From positions 21,576,001-21,640,000 of the forward strand of contig OZ004611.1 in assembly GCA_963924565.1 (NCBI GenBank): DNA of 64,000 bases, read 5' to 3'. Below are positions 26,064-39,391 of this stretch, piece after piece. Source of the DNA: Ascidiella aspersa (Eukaryota). The notes under the pieces were generated by a model. That model saw nothing but the letters and a program-made list of their open reading frames with translations, had not been told where the DNA came from and did no database searches. Position numbers and translations under genes: made by a program. Within the stretch, counting starts at the first letter, position 1. Each line of letters begins with the position of its first letter.

Positions 26064-29000
26064 ATGACTTTCGATGATAAGGAATTCAAAAGTGCTGCCA
26101 ATGAAATGCATTCACCCGATCTAGAAGGATGGGAAGCACTAACTGAAAGTCATGGTGTAAAGATTTACAGAATGTTAAGACCTGTAAGATACTAAATTGT
26201 TTACTAGATTAAATTGATTAAATTTGCACCTAGATATAGATCTGTGGGTCTGTTTACTTTTGTGGTATTAGTACAACTACAACAGGTCATTAAGCTTATC
26301 AGATGTGCAGCATATTAAAATGTTAAATTTTCAGAAACTGCAATAATTCATTTTAAACCTCAGGAGTTACGTATACAATTGGTTTAAATTTTTTTTTTAA
26401 TTGTAAGTAAACATTAGATATCATTCTGTGTGTATTACTGTGAAAATACTTGTTTTCTTCAAAAATTCTTTTGAAAATGCTATAATTTCAGTTATTACCT
26501 TGCTACTTAATTTGCAGCAAAGCAAGTTGTATGAATACAAAGTGGTGGGTACAGCCCAAATCCAAGCTGAGACCTGTGCTGCAGTGTATATGGATATTAA
26601 GTACAGGAAATCCTGGGACAGCTATGCTAGTGGTGAGCTGTTTTGTTTTACTATCAACTTAGTAGTGGTCCACTCAAAAACATAAATTGGTGTTAATTTA
26701 TTTTAAAATTATCCAAATTCCCTAAACGATTTCCTCTTTTATAGTGCAAAATTTTATTATAGATAAACAAGTAAATTGTAACATGCTTCTCGAACTGTTT
26801 ACTTGAATGAAGCCCCCTATCCTATCTTTTTAAACTGATGTCGAATATGATAAAGCTGTAGTAAATTTGTTTATTATTAAATTTAATCTTTGTTTGGTGA
26901 TTATGTTTTTCAGAATTGGCATATATCCGCAAAACTGACCCTTCAATCATTTATTGGGAAGTTGCTTACCCATGGCCTATGTCACACAGGGATGTATCCT
27001 TTTTAAAGTTTATTTACTCTTCATTATACTATTAATCGGACTAGTGAAGGATAATTATAAACATATAGGGTTGTTGTTAAATTTAAATTTGCGCTCGCCA
27101 GTCAATCCTCGTCAGGCCAAAATAACACTCACCAAAAAATTTGACACAAATTCTGCAAATTTTAAACTCTCCTAATTGTTTTCCTGCAATGATTTATAAC
27201 TTCATTTTTGATATCATATCAATGCTTCTTAAATGGCAGGTATGCATGTTGTAAATAACCCATCTCAAGATCTCATTAGATAAAAGCTCATGATTTATTA
27301 AATATGTCCTTAACAAATAAGAAGTGTTCCCTGTAAATACATTTAGTAAGATATTTATACTCCGCAATGCTAATTCAATTTTCAAAATGAAAAGGGTTAA
27401 AAGAAAGGACACAATAAGTTTTGACTGTAAGATGGGGGAAGGTGTTTTATTTACTTTAAACGGTCCCTATAAACAACTTAAGAATTTGGCATTATAAATA
27501 TAATTGCCGCAGATCACCAAATTGTGTGCAGTAGGAGTAGGCATGATAACAACAAGTAGCCTATGCACAACACAACAAATTGTTACTTCTTATGGTCTTG
27601 TAAGAGTGCTAACTAGTTAGGAATCGGATAACATAACATTTTGACCGTGCCCTGAAACAAATCTTAAGATAGTTAGTTGATATATAATAACAGATTAGGC
27701 GGTTGTAGTTTTATACATATATAAACTTTCTTAATTCTTCCGTCAAACCAACAGTATGTTTATTTGAGGGAAATGGAAATCTCCACAACAGAAGATGGTT
27801 TAAGAGTTTGGACTATACTGGGAAGGTATGTAGTGCATAAATCTTTAAGTATTGCCATTTAAACAAGTGTTAGCTGTATAGCTATTGATTTTAAGTTTAG
27901 TTTTTCGTGATAATTGTTTTGTTTTTCTTATTTGCTAATCGGTTAGCTCTAACGATGACAGAGATCACCTACCGCATGTGCTAAATTGCCTTTATAGAAT
28001 GCAAAGGCAACTCTGAAGGGTTATGCCCGCGGTTTTTGGTCGCCAGTAAGTAAAAACTGTGCTTTCTTTCTTGTGAGTGAGTGAGTGTGTGTTACTTTTT
28101 TTGGTTTGCATTTGCTTGGAATTATGGTTGACCCAACCGTGTAAATATTGCTTTGTGCGATCAACACTGATAAATTAAGGTATGAATAATGAACCATTTT
28201 TTAGAAATACGGATAATGATCCAGTTTAGAAATATGAATAATATTGAATAATTAACCAACTTTAGTATTTTTTAATACTATATTGCTTTCTTTATTTTAA
28301 CACCAAAAACTACAAAATTTATATTAAATAGTTTACTTTGTAATTGGCCAGTTAGTTACGGTTCATTCACTAGCTTCTCTTACACTCAAAAAGCCATAAC
28401 GAACGATGTTGTCCTTGTAAAAAGTGTCACAAAACTTGAGTGCGTGTTGCGTCCTTGCAATGACCTCTGCCCCGACGAGCGCTGCCCTTATTGGTCCAAT
28501 TAACACGACGACGTTATGACGAACAGGTCGGCCAAGGCCAATGAGCTGTCGCCCAGGGAACAAGTGGACCGCAAAAAGGGCGTCATAAGAGTGACCGACT
28601 ACAAGCAGAGCATGGTCATCAAGGACAACGGAGACGGGACCAGTCAGAGTAAGTCAAAAAAACAAAACATAATCTAAGACGATGTTGTATTTCGGGCAAC
28701 GCTCATTAATTTCGACAAAAGCCGTTTGACAACGCTTCGCTGCTCATAACTTGATGGATTAGGTTAATTAGATAAATTATGATTCGGTTGACGAGTACTC
28801 TGATGATGGTTATTTTATATCAAAATTCAGAACCATACAGCAGCAGTATGAGCAATAATAAATTCAACCTTCGATTTTTATGCAATTTCCGTAACTTGGA
28901 CATGACTTGCTATTATTCGCTAATGAGTTTACCGGAACTTCAGTTATAAAATAACATTATTTACAACTTATCAATCAATACATGGACAGCATTATTTATA

Positions 29001-32000
29001 AATTTACGATTTACAAATCCTTGTCATATAGGAGAGGGCAGGCCAAGTTTTAACCCGATAACATCCCACTATGTTTTTGTAATAAAGCAAGGTCGATTCC
29101 CAGTGTGTTATCAGATAGTGAACCACACTACTTAAATATCAATGTCGTTGTACCTCAATCAACACCATACTTAATACGCTTTGTATCGCGTGTCAATAAA
29201 CATGTCAGGTGACATGTATTAATGCGCCCGCCCCCGCGAAAAAGTCAGATTGTATCTGACAGGTAGTATTTTATTAGCACTTTAGTTTCCTAAGTCCACA
29301 GCTGAATCGTTGAGCGAACCGCAAACAACGATCTTTGTGATATAGTAAATCATCATTAATGGCGTACAAGTCGCGTTTAGGTTTGTTAAAGGTACTCCAT
29401 GAGCTGTAGAACGTGTATAGCTCATTTGCTCGGTATATTTGTTTAAATAACCAGGTCAACTTTCATACGGCAATTTCAATTCCACACTTGTAACTAAGAA
29501 TCAGCCAACCATAGAAAAATATAGTCGCTCACCTCGGTGTATAATGGCCAAATAACAATTACTAAATCAGATCAGATTTTGTGATGGCCTATCCTTATTG
29601 CAGTGGTAATTCGATTTGCAATTTTATTTCTAATATTCTATTTATGAAAACGACGTTTTTCCATGTCATATATCAGAAGGCAAATTGTTAAATGCCAAAC
29701 TCGACCTAAAGCTTTTTACCGCGCATATGACGTGTTTCGCGAGTTGTGATAGTTGCCTGAATAGAGCCACGCCCATTGCGACCTTTACAAGCATAAAGCC
29801 AATGACATCGCATACGACTAAAATCAGTTTGCCGGAAAATAAATATTTGTGTAAGGCCTCTCGCTGGCATATCCTAAAACGCGGAGCAAGGTAAAGCACA
29901 ATCTCGTTTGTAACTATAAAGGTTTTGCGTTTTCCCAATCAACCATGTTTAAAACTGTGGTTCCTTTTTTTAAAAAGGCTTGTTTTTTAAATCTTCGCTT
30001 GGCTGATTGATAATCTGAGACAGATGGCTTACTATAAACTTTCTAAATTTTGGGGATTATTGTTTTATCCCATGTAACTATAGCTATTTTTGTATTGCCC
30101 AGCCGCGAAGTTTGATTTTTTTAAAGAAATGCATACTTCTCGCATTTATCAAAAATATATTTCAATTTAATAAGAGAGCCTGTCTACAAATTTTCCAGAA
30201 ATATCAATTAAAACATCTAAAATATTTTAAACGTTTTGTTCCAATACCAACTATTTGTTGCTTATACTAATTCATCATCGCATTTCGGCTTTTTAAATCT
30301 AAATGTAGGGTTAAATAGTTGTTTAATTTACCCAAAGTTCAACCTGATTTCGGCTCTTTGTTTTTTATTAGCGACAGCGATTTTAGGTTGGGCTATGTTT
30401 AATCGTTAACCAGCAGATAATCTTAAACATTACTGTTACCGCCCTAAGCCTACAAGGCCCTGTACCCTCAGACAGATATTTGTTTGAAAAACAAAAAAAC
30501 ACTCGCCTATGATTTGGTAACTATTAAGTCCATACATTAAGAGTAAACATTACGTTAACGTTAGAATTCTTAATATAGGCTTTCACACTTTTTTAAATCG
30601 TATTTTGTTCGCTTTTGATCCAACGCACGTATAGGTAGGCCCAAATTGGTAGGCCCGCTCTAAAGAAGCTAATAAAAAAATCACAAATATCAAGCAATCG
30701 GGGCTAATGCCACTGCCTAGATGTATTATCAGTACTCGTCCGATACTAAAGTGATATCGGTACTTGTCCGATACTGAATTGGTATTTCTACCTTACAAAG
30801 TAAATTTACTAGAGTAAATAATGTAGGTTAACAACCAAAGGTAACTAAAATTTTTAACACCAATGGAAAATGTTGGCCTAATAACTCCGAAAAAACAAAC
30901 TATTGCATGTTTCTTTTTGCTTGTTTGAACTTCTTAATGACGTCATTCGGATCGGATCGCAATACATTTTGCAAAAATATCGGGTATCGGTATCAAAACG
31001 AAATATCGAGTAGTATCGGACATCTTTATTGTTGTATACAATCTTGAATCCCAAACCTAAGTCCCCAATAGATGAACCGGTTGGCCTATGCCCTTTGTTT
31101 CGCTTTTGCGGTGCAATTTCTCAACAGGGTCTTTCTAAATCGCTCGGATGTTGATAAATAGTTGAAAAACGTCTCGAGCGCGCCCCGGGGCCGAATCTTT
31201 CCCGTGGTTCCGGGCGAAACGTTCGTGTCTCAGTTGCGATACGCCTTTTAAAGTCAAAAGAACAGCGTCTTGTTCTGGCTCGTGGCGATTCTCGATCGCA
31301 TCCGACCAGTAATTACCGCGGGGGGGGGTCGTTTCGCGTCAGGCCTTTCAAAACAATATCCCTATCTCGCTTGCGCGACACTGTTGAAAACTGCCTATGC
31401 AGCTAGAATAATTTAGTTGCGTATTGTGTCCCACTGGGGAAATTGTAAAAAAAAAATCGCGTCACACTTGTTTTGAAATCAGTTACATAGCAATCCTAAA
31501 CAATTTTATCCTTTTTATACGGGAAGCCCATCGGGATATATTGTATTCAACTTGTATTTACTATAAACTGACACTGTTTACTCAAGTCTTGCATACCTGG
31601 TGTAACACTTTTTGATTCTTTTATAAAATCAGAATGAAATTAACGGCCATTTACAGTTACTACCTAAAAAACAGCGAAACGCGCCAATTTCAGCAAACGA
31701 ATATTTTATATCAAATGTGAAATGCAAATTAATCTAAATTTCTTGTTAAACAAACTTATTTTGTTGAACTCTAATTCTTTATAGTTCGAAGTTTAGTGTA
31801 ATTCCCACTTTTGTGTAATTCGGTAATTTAAATTTAATTTGGGAAAAACTAAAACTTATTTCTAAACTAAGTCGTCAAAGATAAACAAAAAGTTACGCAA
31901 AAAGCGCTTAAACAGTCAGAGAGCATTGCTGCAGGTGCGGACTGGGCGCCATAACCATAAAATGATTAAAGAAGAAGCGTTTGATCTGTAAAATGCGATA

Positions 32001-35000
32001 ACCCTCTACAGCGCAAGGTTTGTTTACGCGATCCGGGGTTGGATTTCGGAAAATCACCGTTTGCTAATGCGATTCGACAATGGGTCGTTTGTTTCGCTAC
32101 CTGTGTAACTCTGAACTCGCGGTTGACCAAATGATGACACGATATAATGTCAAAGGATATGTACATTAAACAAGCTCATAGATGCCGAACGTTGGTGTGC
32201 AGAGCGTTTTTAGAAGCCATGGATTTCTCACAGAGTGTCAAAACTCCGTTGAATTCGACCAAGTTATCAGTCAATTTTTTAAGTAATTTCTGTACTGTAG
32301 TACAGTTTTAGTTAATCAAAAGTGTTTAAACTTTCCTGAAATTACCACATATACACGAGGCCAAGGAATCCCAAATTTGTTTTTAAGCAATACCTAAATG
32401 CAATTTTGTTTTCAAAGTAATGTTACGTTTCGTCTATTTAATGCAAACTTTTTCAGCCAAAGGGTGCTATACAAAAGTTTTAACGGCGAAGTGGTTTGTT
32501 TCAGTGATAACATCCAGCAGCCATTATCTTTTAACAGCTCACTTTTTATGTAATTAATACGCAATTTTGCACTGGCTAGAAAATAACGCGCTGGAAAGTT
32601 CGACGCCTATGTACAAGCCACTTTGCACGAAAGCATGATTATTTTTTTTAATTCGAAATATATTTTAGAATCTCCACGCAACTTTTACGCTGGAAGGGTC
32701 TTGTCTTTGTTAGTATCCCTGTTTTTTGGGCTATTACACTTTCCAGTTTACCTAAACTAATCTTAACAGCTTTTTTTTAAATCTTTGGCGAGTGACTGTT
32801 TATTTAAATTGCACACGAATGTCTGCTTTGTGAACATTCGCTTAACAGACTTCAATCCGGAAATCCGTCGGGTTTGGCGCAATTAATAAAACTGGTAATT
32901 ACCGCTTTACTCTCACGTTTGATATTCGAACGTCACGACGTAACAAATCGTCGTGCTATAGGTTTTTTTGCACATTCTGTGCGATATGCTATTCGCCTTG
33001 TGGTTTTCATTTTTCTCCAAATAAACGTTTATATCAGAATGTTGCCACTAAGTCTTCGAATCTTTAAAAGTATTTGAATTGATTTACGTATTGAAAAGTA
33101 TTTGAGAAAACCTATGTCTTTCAAAAAGTCTTTTTTTTTATTTATTTATGTCCAGATTAAGTTATGTGCATTTTTAAATGGCCGGTAAAATGTTTTCTAA
33201 TTGTGTTGCTGTTTTGTTTTCGAATTATAGTCAATAAATGTTGAGCGACCGAATTTTGGGTCTTTAAAAAACTACCAATTTATGTGGAAAAGTAATTTTT
33301 CACAAAATTGTCTTGCAAATATGTACTAGTAGACATAAGTATTTCCCAACCTTTAAACACCCAAGACAGACTGGTTAACAATTTTAATTTATAAGTTTAG
33401 GTTTAATAGTAAATTTAAATTTTTTATGCATTTTTTTTTTAAATAGTTGAACTAAATCGTGTTTGAAAACAAAACAGATATTTATGTTTCTTTTGACTTC
33501 AAATTGATCCAAGAACCGATACCTGGAAACCACTCGGTTAAATCAATATACATTGATGTGGTCATATTCGCATAATTCAAATATCAAACGATCTCCATAT
33601 TCTCGCCTATGTTTGTTAACTCAAATCTCTCGGAGGAACCAGCAATCTTTCCAAACGTGTTTGTTTGAGGCTGAGTCATACCCGACTCAGTATGGAAGAA
33701 AGAACCCAAAAGGCAAATATCAACGGAATCGCAATAGCCCCCCGCACCCAACGTAACCGTGTATTACGTTGAAACTCCGTGTCAAGGCTGTAATGTACTT
33801 GTGGAGAAAGGCTTAAACGTGTTTCACGAGTGTCAGCGCTTCGCGTGTGGTTGTAACTGCTTCTCAGGCAAATTGTTCAGCGTCACTGAGAGAAATAAGT
33901 TTTCCCATGTTTAAATAAAGAGGTTCCGATTCCGACCATAATCAAACATTCAAGTTTTCGTTCGATTTCGACAACAAGGCTGTTTTCCCATGCCTAATTT
34001 TCCCATTTAGCCTCTCGAACAGCAATTTTTTTTTAATTCTGTCGCAGAGTACTAAATGTGCTTGTCCAATTAATCCTTTTTTTCTTTCAAACCCCACATG
34101 TTTTTTGGGTACGCTTAAAATACTGGCGGCCTACAGGCAACTTTGCGTTGAAAAACGTTTTTCCGGTTCAAACACACACTGTGTTGTTGATTGGCGTGAA
34201 ATATAATTTAGCAAAAAAGTTGGCGGTGGTCAAATTTCTACTGATAACCTGGCATGAAATATAATTTAGCAAAAAAGTTGGCGGTGGTCAAATTTCTACT
34301 GATAACCTGGCATGAAATATAATTTAGCAAAAAAGTTGGCGGTGGTCAAATTTCTACTGATAACCTTACCGCACACTCATGGTATAAATAGGAACCGAAA
34401 TATACCGATCTTTCGTTTGGGGGCAAAATGTAGACGCCCTATTCGATACTAAATTACTAAATGATCGGCGCCGCTCCGATATTATCGGCCTTAAAGGCCA
34501 AACGCTTCTATGTGGGATAGTGTTTCATTTAATTTAGATGAAAAAATTGTTATAACGAGGACCAGTTTTATTATAAAAAGCATATTATCGTTTCTATTTA
34601 CTATTAGTTGCATAAGTGATAACCGAATGTCTGTCATTGGTTGATATTGTGGGCTGACATATCGACATGGAGAAACATCTCCGAATAAAAGCAAAATAAT
34701 ACAAACGCAACTTATAGTTAACAGTAACATGTGTACAACAGGACCACAATAAATACTTAAGGCATATATCTGTCAAGTTTTTTTCAATTTAAAAGTGTTC
34801 AAGCCCACAGGAAGTTTGCAGGGGCATGATGGTAAATTATCCACTCCAAAAAAATTGATCAGCGGCAGGCGACGTTACGTCATTCGCGCAAGAACCCGAC
34901 GATTGTCGCTCGCAAAATACCGTGTTTTACAAGAGCCAATTGACGTAAGACGACGTGGGTAGGACTTTCCGGCACGGGTAAAAACGCCGCCGTGTTGCAG

Positions 35001-37218
35001 GATTCGCAATTCTTTAACAGCGCCCAAACGTTCGCTAAACCAGAGTTGTCTGAGTCCGGAAACATTGATTAACTTGGCGATACCCTATTTTTTCTATTCG
35101 CGTACCATTCGAATGCTTTGTAGAATGTTCACATATCTATATTTTAAATGGTTGGTATTTCCAATGTTCCTAAGAATAGACGATAAAGCTGAAAACGTTT
35201 TACAAATTAAACGAATAATAGACTAAGTTTTAGCACTCGCGTTCATTTGGCTTGCTAAAAAAACGCAAGTTATATTTATGCGGCTGGTCACCATTGTTAT
35301 AGAATCAACGAAAATATAACCTCAAAATTCTAGGTAAATTTGCTACGTTTTGCGTGTTTCAGGTAGCGGTGGCGAAACCGCAACCGCTTCAACCATAGAG
35401 CCGAGTATAGGCAGATTACAATATTCCTTTGTTGCTTAGTTCATATTACAGTCATTGCGTGAATCATCATGAACGCCCTGTTTGTTGTGCTTACACAAAT
35501 GTGTTGCAGTATGCACTTGGCCAACCCTACCCAAAAGCGACGTATTTACGTTTGAGGGTTAAAATCATTCGACTCTTTGTACGACGAGATGAAACATTGC
35601 AGCGAATATAGGATCTTCTCTATAAATTGCTGGCAACTCTGAACGTGATCCTTTTAATAGTAAGAAATTTAGGGCTGAAAGATTATAGGTTATTGTGTAA
35701 CTTACACTATATTCATATCAATGTAATAAAAATGGCTGAATTGTGTGGTATTGATTCCCAGGTAAATTCGCTCAGGTATATTTTTCCGTTTTACTACTCT
35801 TTTCATAAAATCACAACGCAATGTTGATAAATCGGTGTTCGTTCTATTCTCTTGCCTAAAAAAACTTGCTTTTTAACGTGTGTGTCTCGTTTGCCTACTT
35901 CGGTGCTGCCGGGACATAATACCGCGAAATTACCGCAAAATAGACTCACAAAAAGCCCGCTCAATTTTTTTCGTGCAAATTTGAAGAGGCAAAGCCGGTA
36001 AATCGACGAAAATCGTGACGGCTTTCCGAAGCTGTTTCGTGTACTCAATGTTTTGAACTTTGAAATAACAAGCGTTCATCTACCTTTAAAGGATGCCTAA
36101 ATCGACACGTTGTGTCGTATGTCCGACACAACCATGCCCGGTAAACATTTTACCAATAAAAAAATGCAGCAAATTTAAAATAGTATTTTAGGCGAAAACC
36201 TATTTTTGTTTTTAAGTAACTTTTTATCATTTATTGTTTTGGGTTTTTCGAGGTTATTTATAACAGTGACGATATAACTGATTACAGCTAGGGCCATAAC
36301 GAACTTTTATTCTAAAAACTAATCACGTATTTAGGTACACTATACACAGATCTGTAGTGCAGCTTAATAATGAATCTTAAAGCCAAACAGGTGGAGTAAA
36401 TAGACATCATCTTGATAAGGATGTTTTAACTGACGATGATACCACATTTACCGCATCCACATTGACTGGTGATGATACAAGTACCTATAGAAACCTATTT
36501 TTAAAGATGATGTCGATCTACTCGGCCTTTTTGGCTGCAAAATTCGTTACAAGATAATACGATATATATTCGCAAAACATGGATTCGCTACACGTCCGCG
36601 AATTTTCCAGCTGTTTCGCATCGCTCGCACTCATTAACCAAACTATTTATCTTGAAGGAAGTTGTTCTTGGGGGAGACTTAACCGACTACAGACGAATAT
36701 AGGCTAGTCTTATCAGTGACCATAATTTATTAAAGCTATTGGCGTTTATGCTTAATTTTTCTTCTAAATATTAATCACATATATTCGCAAAACATGGATT
36801 AGCTCCGCCAATTTCCAAGGTGAAGGAAATTTTTCTAGGGAGTACTGAAGGGATTTGTTCTAGGGAAGACTCAACAGTCTGGAGACTACAGATAAATGTA
36901 GGCTTATCTTAACAGTGACTTATTAAAAGCTATTGGCGTAATGTTTAGCATTTTATTCTAAAATTTATCACATATATTCGTAAAACATAGATTCGCTGCA
37001 CGTCCGCCAATTTTCCAGCTTTCGCACCGCCCGCACCCACTAAACCACACCTTGTCTTTTATTCACTCCCCGCAGTTTTCATGCACTACTTCGACAACCC
37101 GCAAGGCATGATCCCGGCCATGGTGGTGAACTGGGCGGCCAAGACCGGCGTGCCGGGATTCCTGACCACGCTCGAGGAAGCCTGTCGGAAATACGCAGCC
37201 TACCAGACATCGTGTTAG
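26064..37218 (+). CDS. PCTP: Phosphatidylcholine transfer protein (START domain, STARD2), 6 coding exons, 216 aa
   Basis: Exons: 26064-26183, 26518-26632, 26914-26993, 27755-27825, 28527-28648, 37076-37218. Phases are consistent (651 nt). Motifs LYEYKV, YMDIKYRKSWD, IYWEVAYPWPMSHRDYVYLR, GVIRVTDYKQS and FMHYFDNPQGMIPAMVVNWAAKTGVPGFL match PCTP. Confidence 0.92.
26994..27754 (+). other. U12-type (minor spliceosome) GT-AG intron in PCTP
   Basis: The 5' splice site is GTATCCTTT. A branch-like TTTCTTAAT (27727-27735) lies about 20 nt before the acceptor AACCAACAG, which has no adjacent pyrimidine tract. Removal joins SHRD|YVYLR in phase 0. Confidence 0.85.
30718..31028. mobile_element. MITE with CCGATA/TATCGG motifs
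   Basis: TAGATGT...ACATCTTTA ends and inverted CCGATAC/GTATCGG repeats. Related copies lie at about 34380-34490, 45958-46062, 53330-53697 and 63419-63753. Confidence 0.55.
34192..34365. repeat. 58-bp tandem repeat, 3 near-identical copies
   Basis: TGGC(G/A)TGAAATATAATTTAGCAAAAAAGTTGGCGGTGGTCAAATTTCTACTGATAACC x3, with one substitution. Confidence 0.95.
36564..37050. repeat. Diverged tandem repeat of about 200 bp (about 2.4 units) abutting the PCTP last-exon acceptor
   Basis: Units start ATATATTCG(C/T)AAAACAT at 36564, 36779 and 36972. Confidence 0.8.
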
Positions 37219-38074
37219 CGCCTGCTTCGCGCGTATACGCACGCACGCGTGTGAAATGACGGATTTCAACGTCGTGTGGGACTGAAGGTCGGACCAGCCG
37301 TTTTTTTACCCTTTTCAATTTTTACTTTTGTCTCGTATGTTTTTTGAAACGTGGTTTCGTTTTTAAAAGCTAACTTTCGTTTCTCGGATTGACTCCTATT
37401 TTCTAACTGTTTAAATCTCAATAAAAATGTAACGGTTTTAAATTAACATGTGAGAAGACTATTTTGTCGCCACACAGCATGTTAAAAAAGCTTTACCGAC
37501 TGTAGCGCGATTTTTCAAATACCACAAAATACAAAAAAATACTGTACATGATTTTACATTTATTTCATTTTAGGCAACTAAAATGCCGCTTATTATTGTA
37601 CGAACTGGAAACCGGGCGTGATTCGATTCATATCTCAGAAGAAATGTTTTTCCGCTGTTATAACTTTATCGCCGTTTGTTGTTGGTCGTTGAGCAACCCT
37701 ATGCACTCACTTCTTTTCGTCAGTTTGCTTCCTATGTTGTTATTATGCCACATATTTTGTTTGGCCATCCTACTTTTGCGTTTTTCCCGTTTTATGTTTG
37801 CCGATGCAACTACTTGCAGCAGCTGAAAACGCATAAGCTTCGCATTCCATTTAACTAGATGGGAGTAGATAGCTATCGCGAACTTAACCGATGACGTCAA
37901 ACTGTTTAATGTTTTTTGTCCCCCTTTTTAAGGACCCTAAACCTCTTAATCGCACCTACACCACTATACGTCATACCTAAAAATTAAAATTCTACAATGT
38001 TTATTTTTTTTAATTAAATTCTGCGATGTATACTTTTTTTAATTAAATTCTACGATGTCTACTTTTTACTATCA

Positions 38075-38102
<28 letters not shown>
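38075..38102. repeat. (AT)n microsatellite
   Basis: About 14 AT units. Confidence 0.9.
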
Positions 38103-38107
<5 letters not shown>

Positions 38108-39126
38108 TTACTTGAAGTGTCGTATGCTTTTTTTGAGTCCTAAGTCGTATGCCGTACTTGAAATTAGCCAAACAGACGTAGCCTTCGGTTTGATCATTTT
38201 GATAAATTTCTACTGATAACCCACATACGTATGTTTTAGTCGATAAAATGTTATTCGTTCTCTGGTAACTGATTTACCGTACTAACCAAACTATTTTCCT
38301 TCCGCCAAATAGTCGATCGACAATGTCGAACAAAGTCAGCACAGTCGTTTGAAAACATTCGCAATATGGAATTGCCAACTCGTCTTTAACAATGTTGTTT
38401 CATTCCGTGGCCTTTCATGTGCCTACCGCTGTATTTTCTTTACACTTGAAGTGCAGTAGTAATCTTGTTTAACGCTTGCTGTTTCGGCAACCAAGTGCAA
38501 TTGGCCGCGGCGCGACACATCTGTCGCGTGTCGCCACGCGCGACGCGCCGTACTCGTCGCGTGACGCGCTCTATTTTAATTTTCTGTGCGATTACATTGT
38601 ACTCGCGTTTTTTGCTCGTACCGATTTCTCTTTTTCGTTTTTATGTGGAAAATAATTTAGATTTAAATCGGAAATATGTTAAAACTTTGAAACTTTTCGA
38701 GGCTGTGATTTTTTTACCTTTTATGGTATTCAATTAAATGGCCTGCGTAATTTCGGTCTCTGTATATCGGTTTAAGCATATGTTCTTTGCGACTTGAATT
38801 GCTAGTGCTAAATGAAAGTGATTTTCGCCGTACTATATCCTTAGCCTTTACAATTGAAATTTTTGATTTTTACGTTTTGTATTTTTTTCTTAATGTAGCA
38901 TCGTTCGTTTTTTGTCATCAATTTATGTTGGTTGTGCGTCTTGTGTATTATTTACCAAACTCGTAATATATAAGATTGTATTTAGTTTTTTTGTGTATAG
39001 GTGTGTGTTTATTGTATTCTTTATAAATATCTGCAGGCGTTATTTAACAAAGCACCTTCGGAAAAATACATGGGATATGTATAGTTTATGAACTTATTAA
39101 ATTTCGTCAAAAAATTGACTCTAGTT

Positions 39127-39391
39127 TAGTGGTTCTCAAACATTTTTTGCGCCACAACTAAAACACAGAGAAAAAAGCGTGGGACACTTTGTACAAAACT
39201 GTAATACGGAAACTTGACGAACGCCTACAATACACGGAAAGGCAATCGGTCGATATCATATTATTATTAGTTTTCTATTGGATAATGTTCCTCGAAGTCT
39301 ATTTCCTGTTTGTAATACAATTGGGCTATTTTATCAAAATTTTTTCCGCCCACACCAGGTACCTACGAGGCACACAGTTTGAGAATCACTG
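39127..39391. mobile_element. hAT (Charlie-like) MITE
   Basis: TAGTGGTTCTCAAAC...GTTTGAGAATCACTG. Flanks CTCTAGTT/CTTTAGTC resemble a degenerate TSD. Confidence 0.7.

Noticed and set aside
34192-34365. AATTTCTACT resembles the Cas12a direct-repeat stem
   Set aside because: The units are identical along their whole length (no spacers) and the complementary GTAGAT arm is absent.
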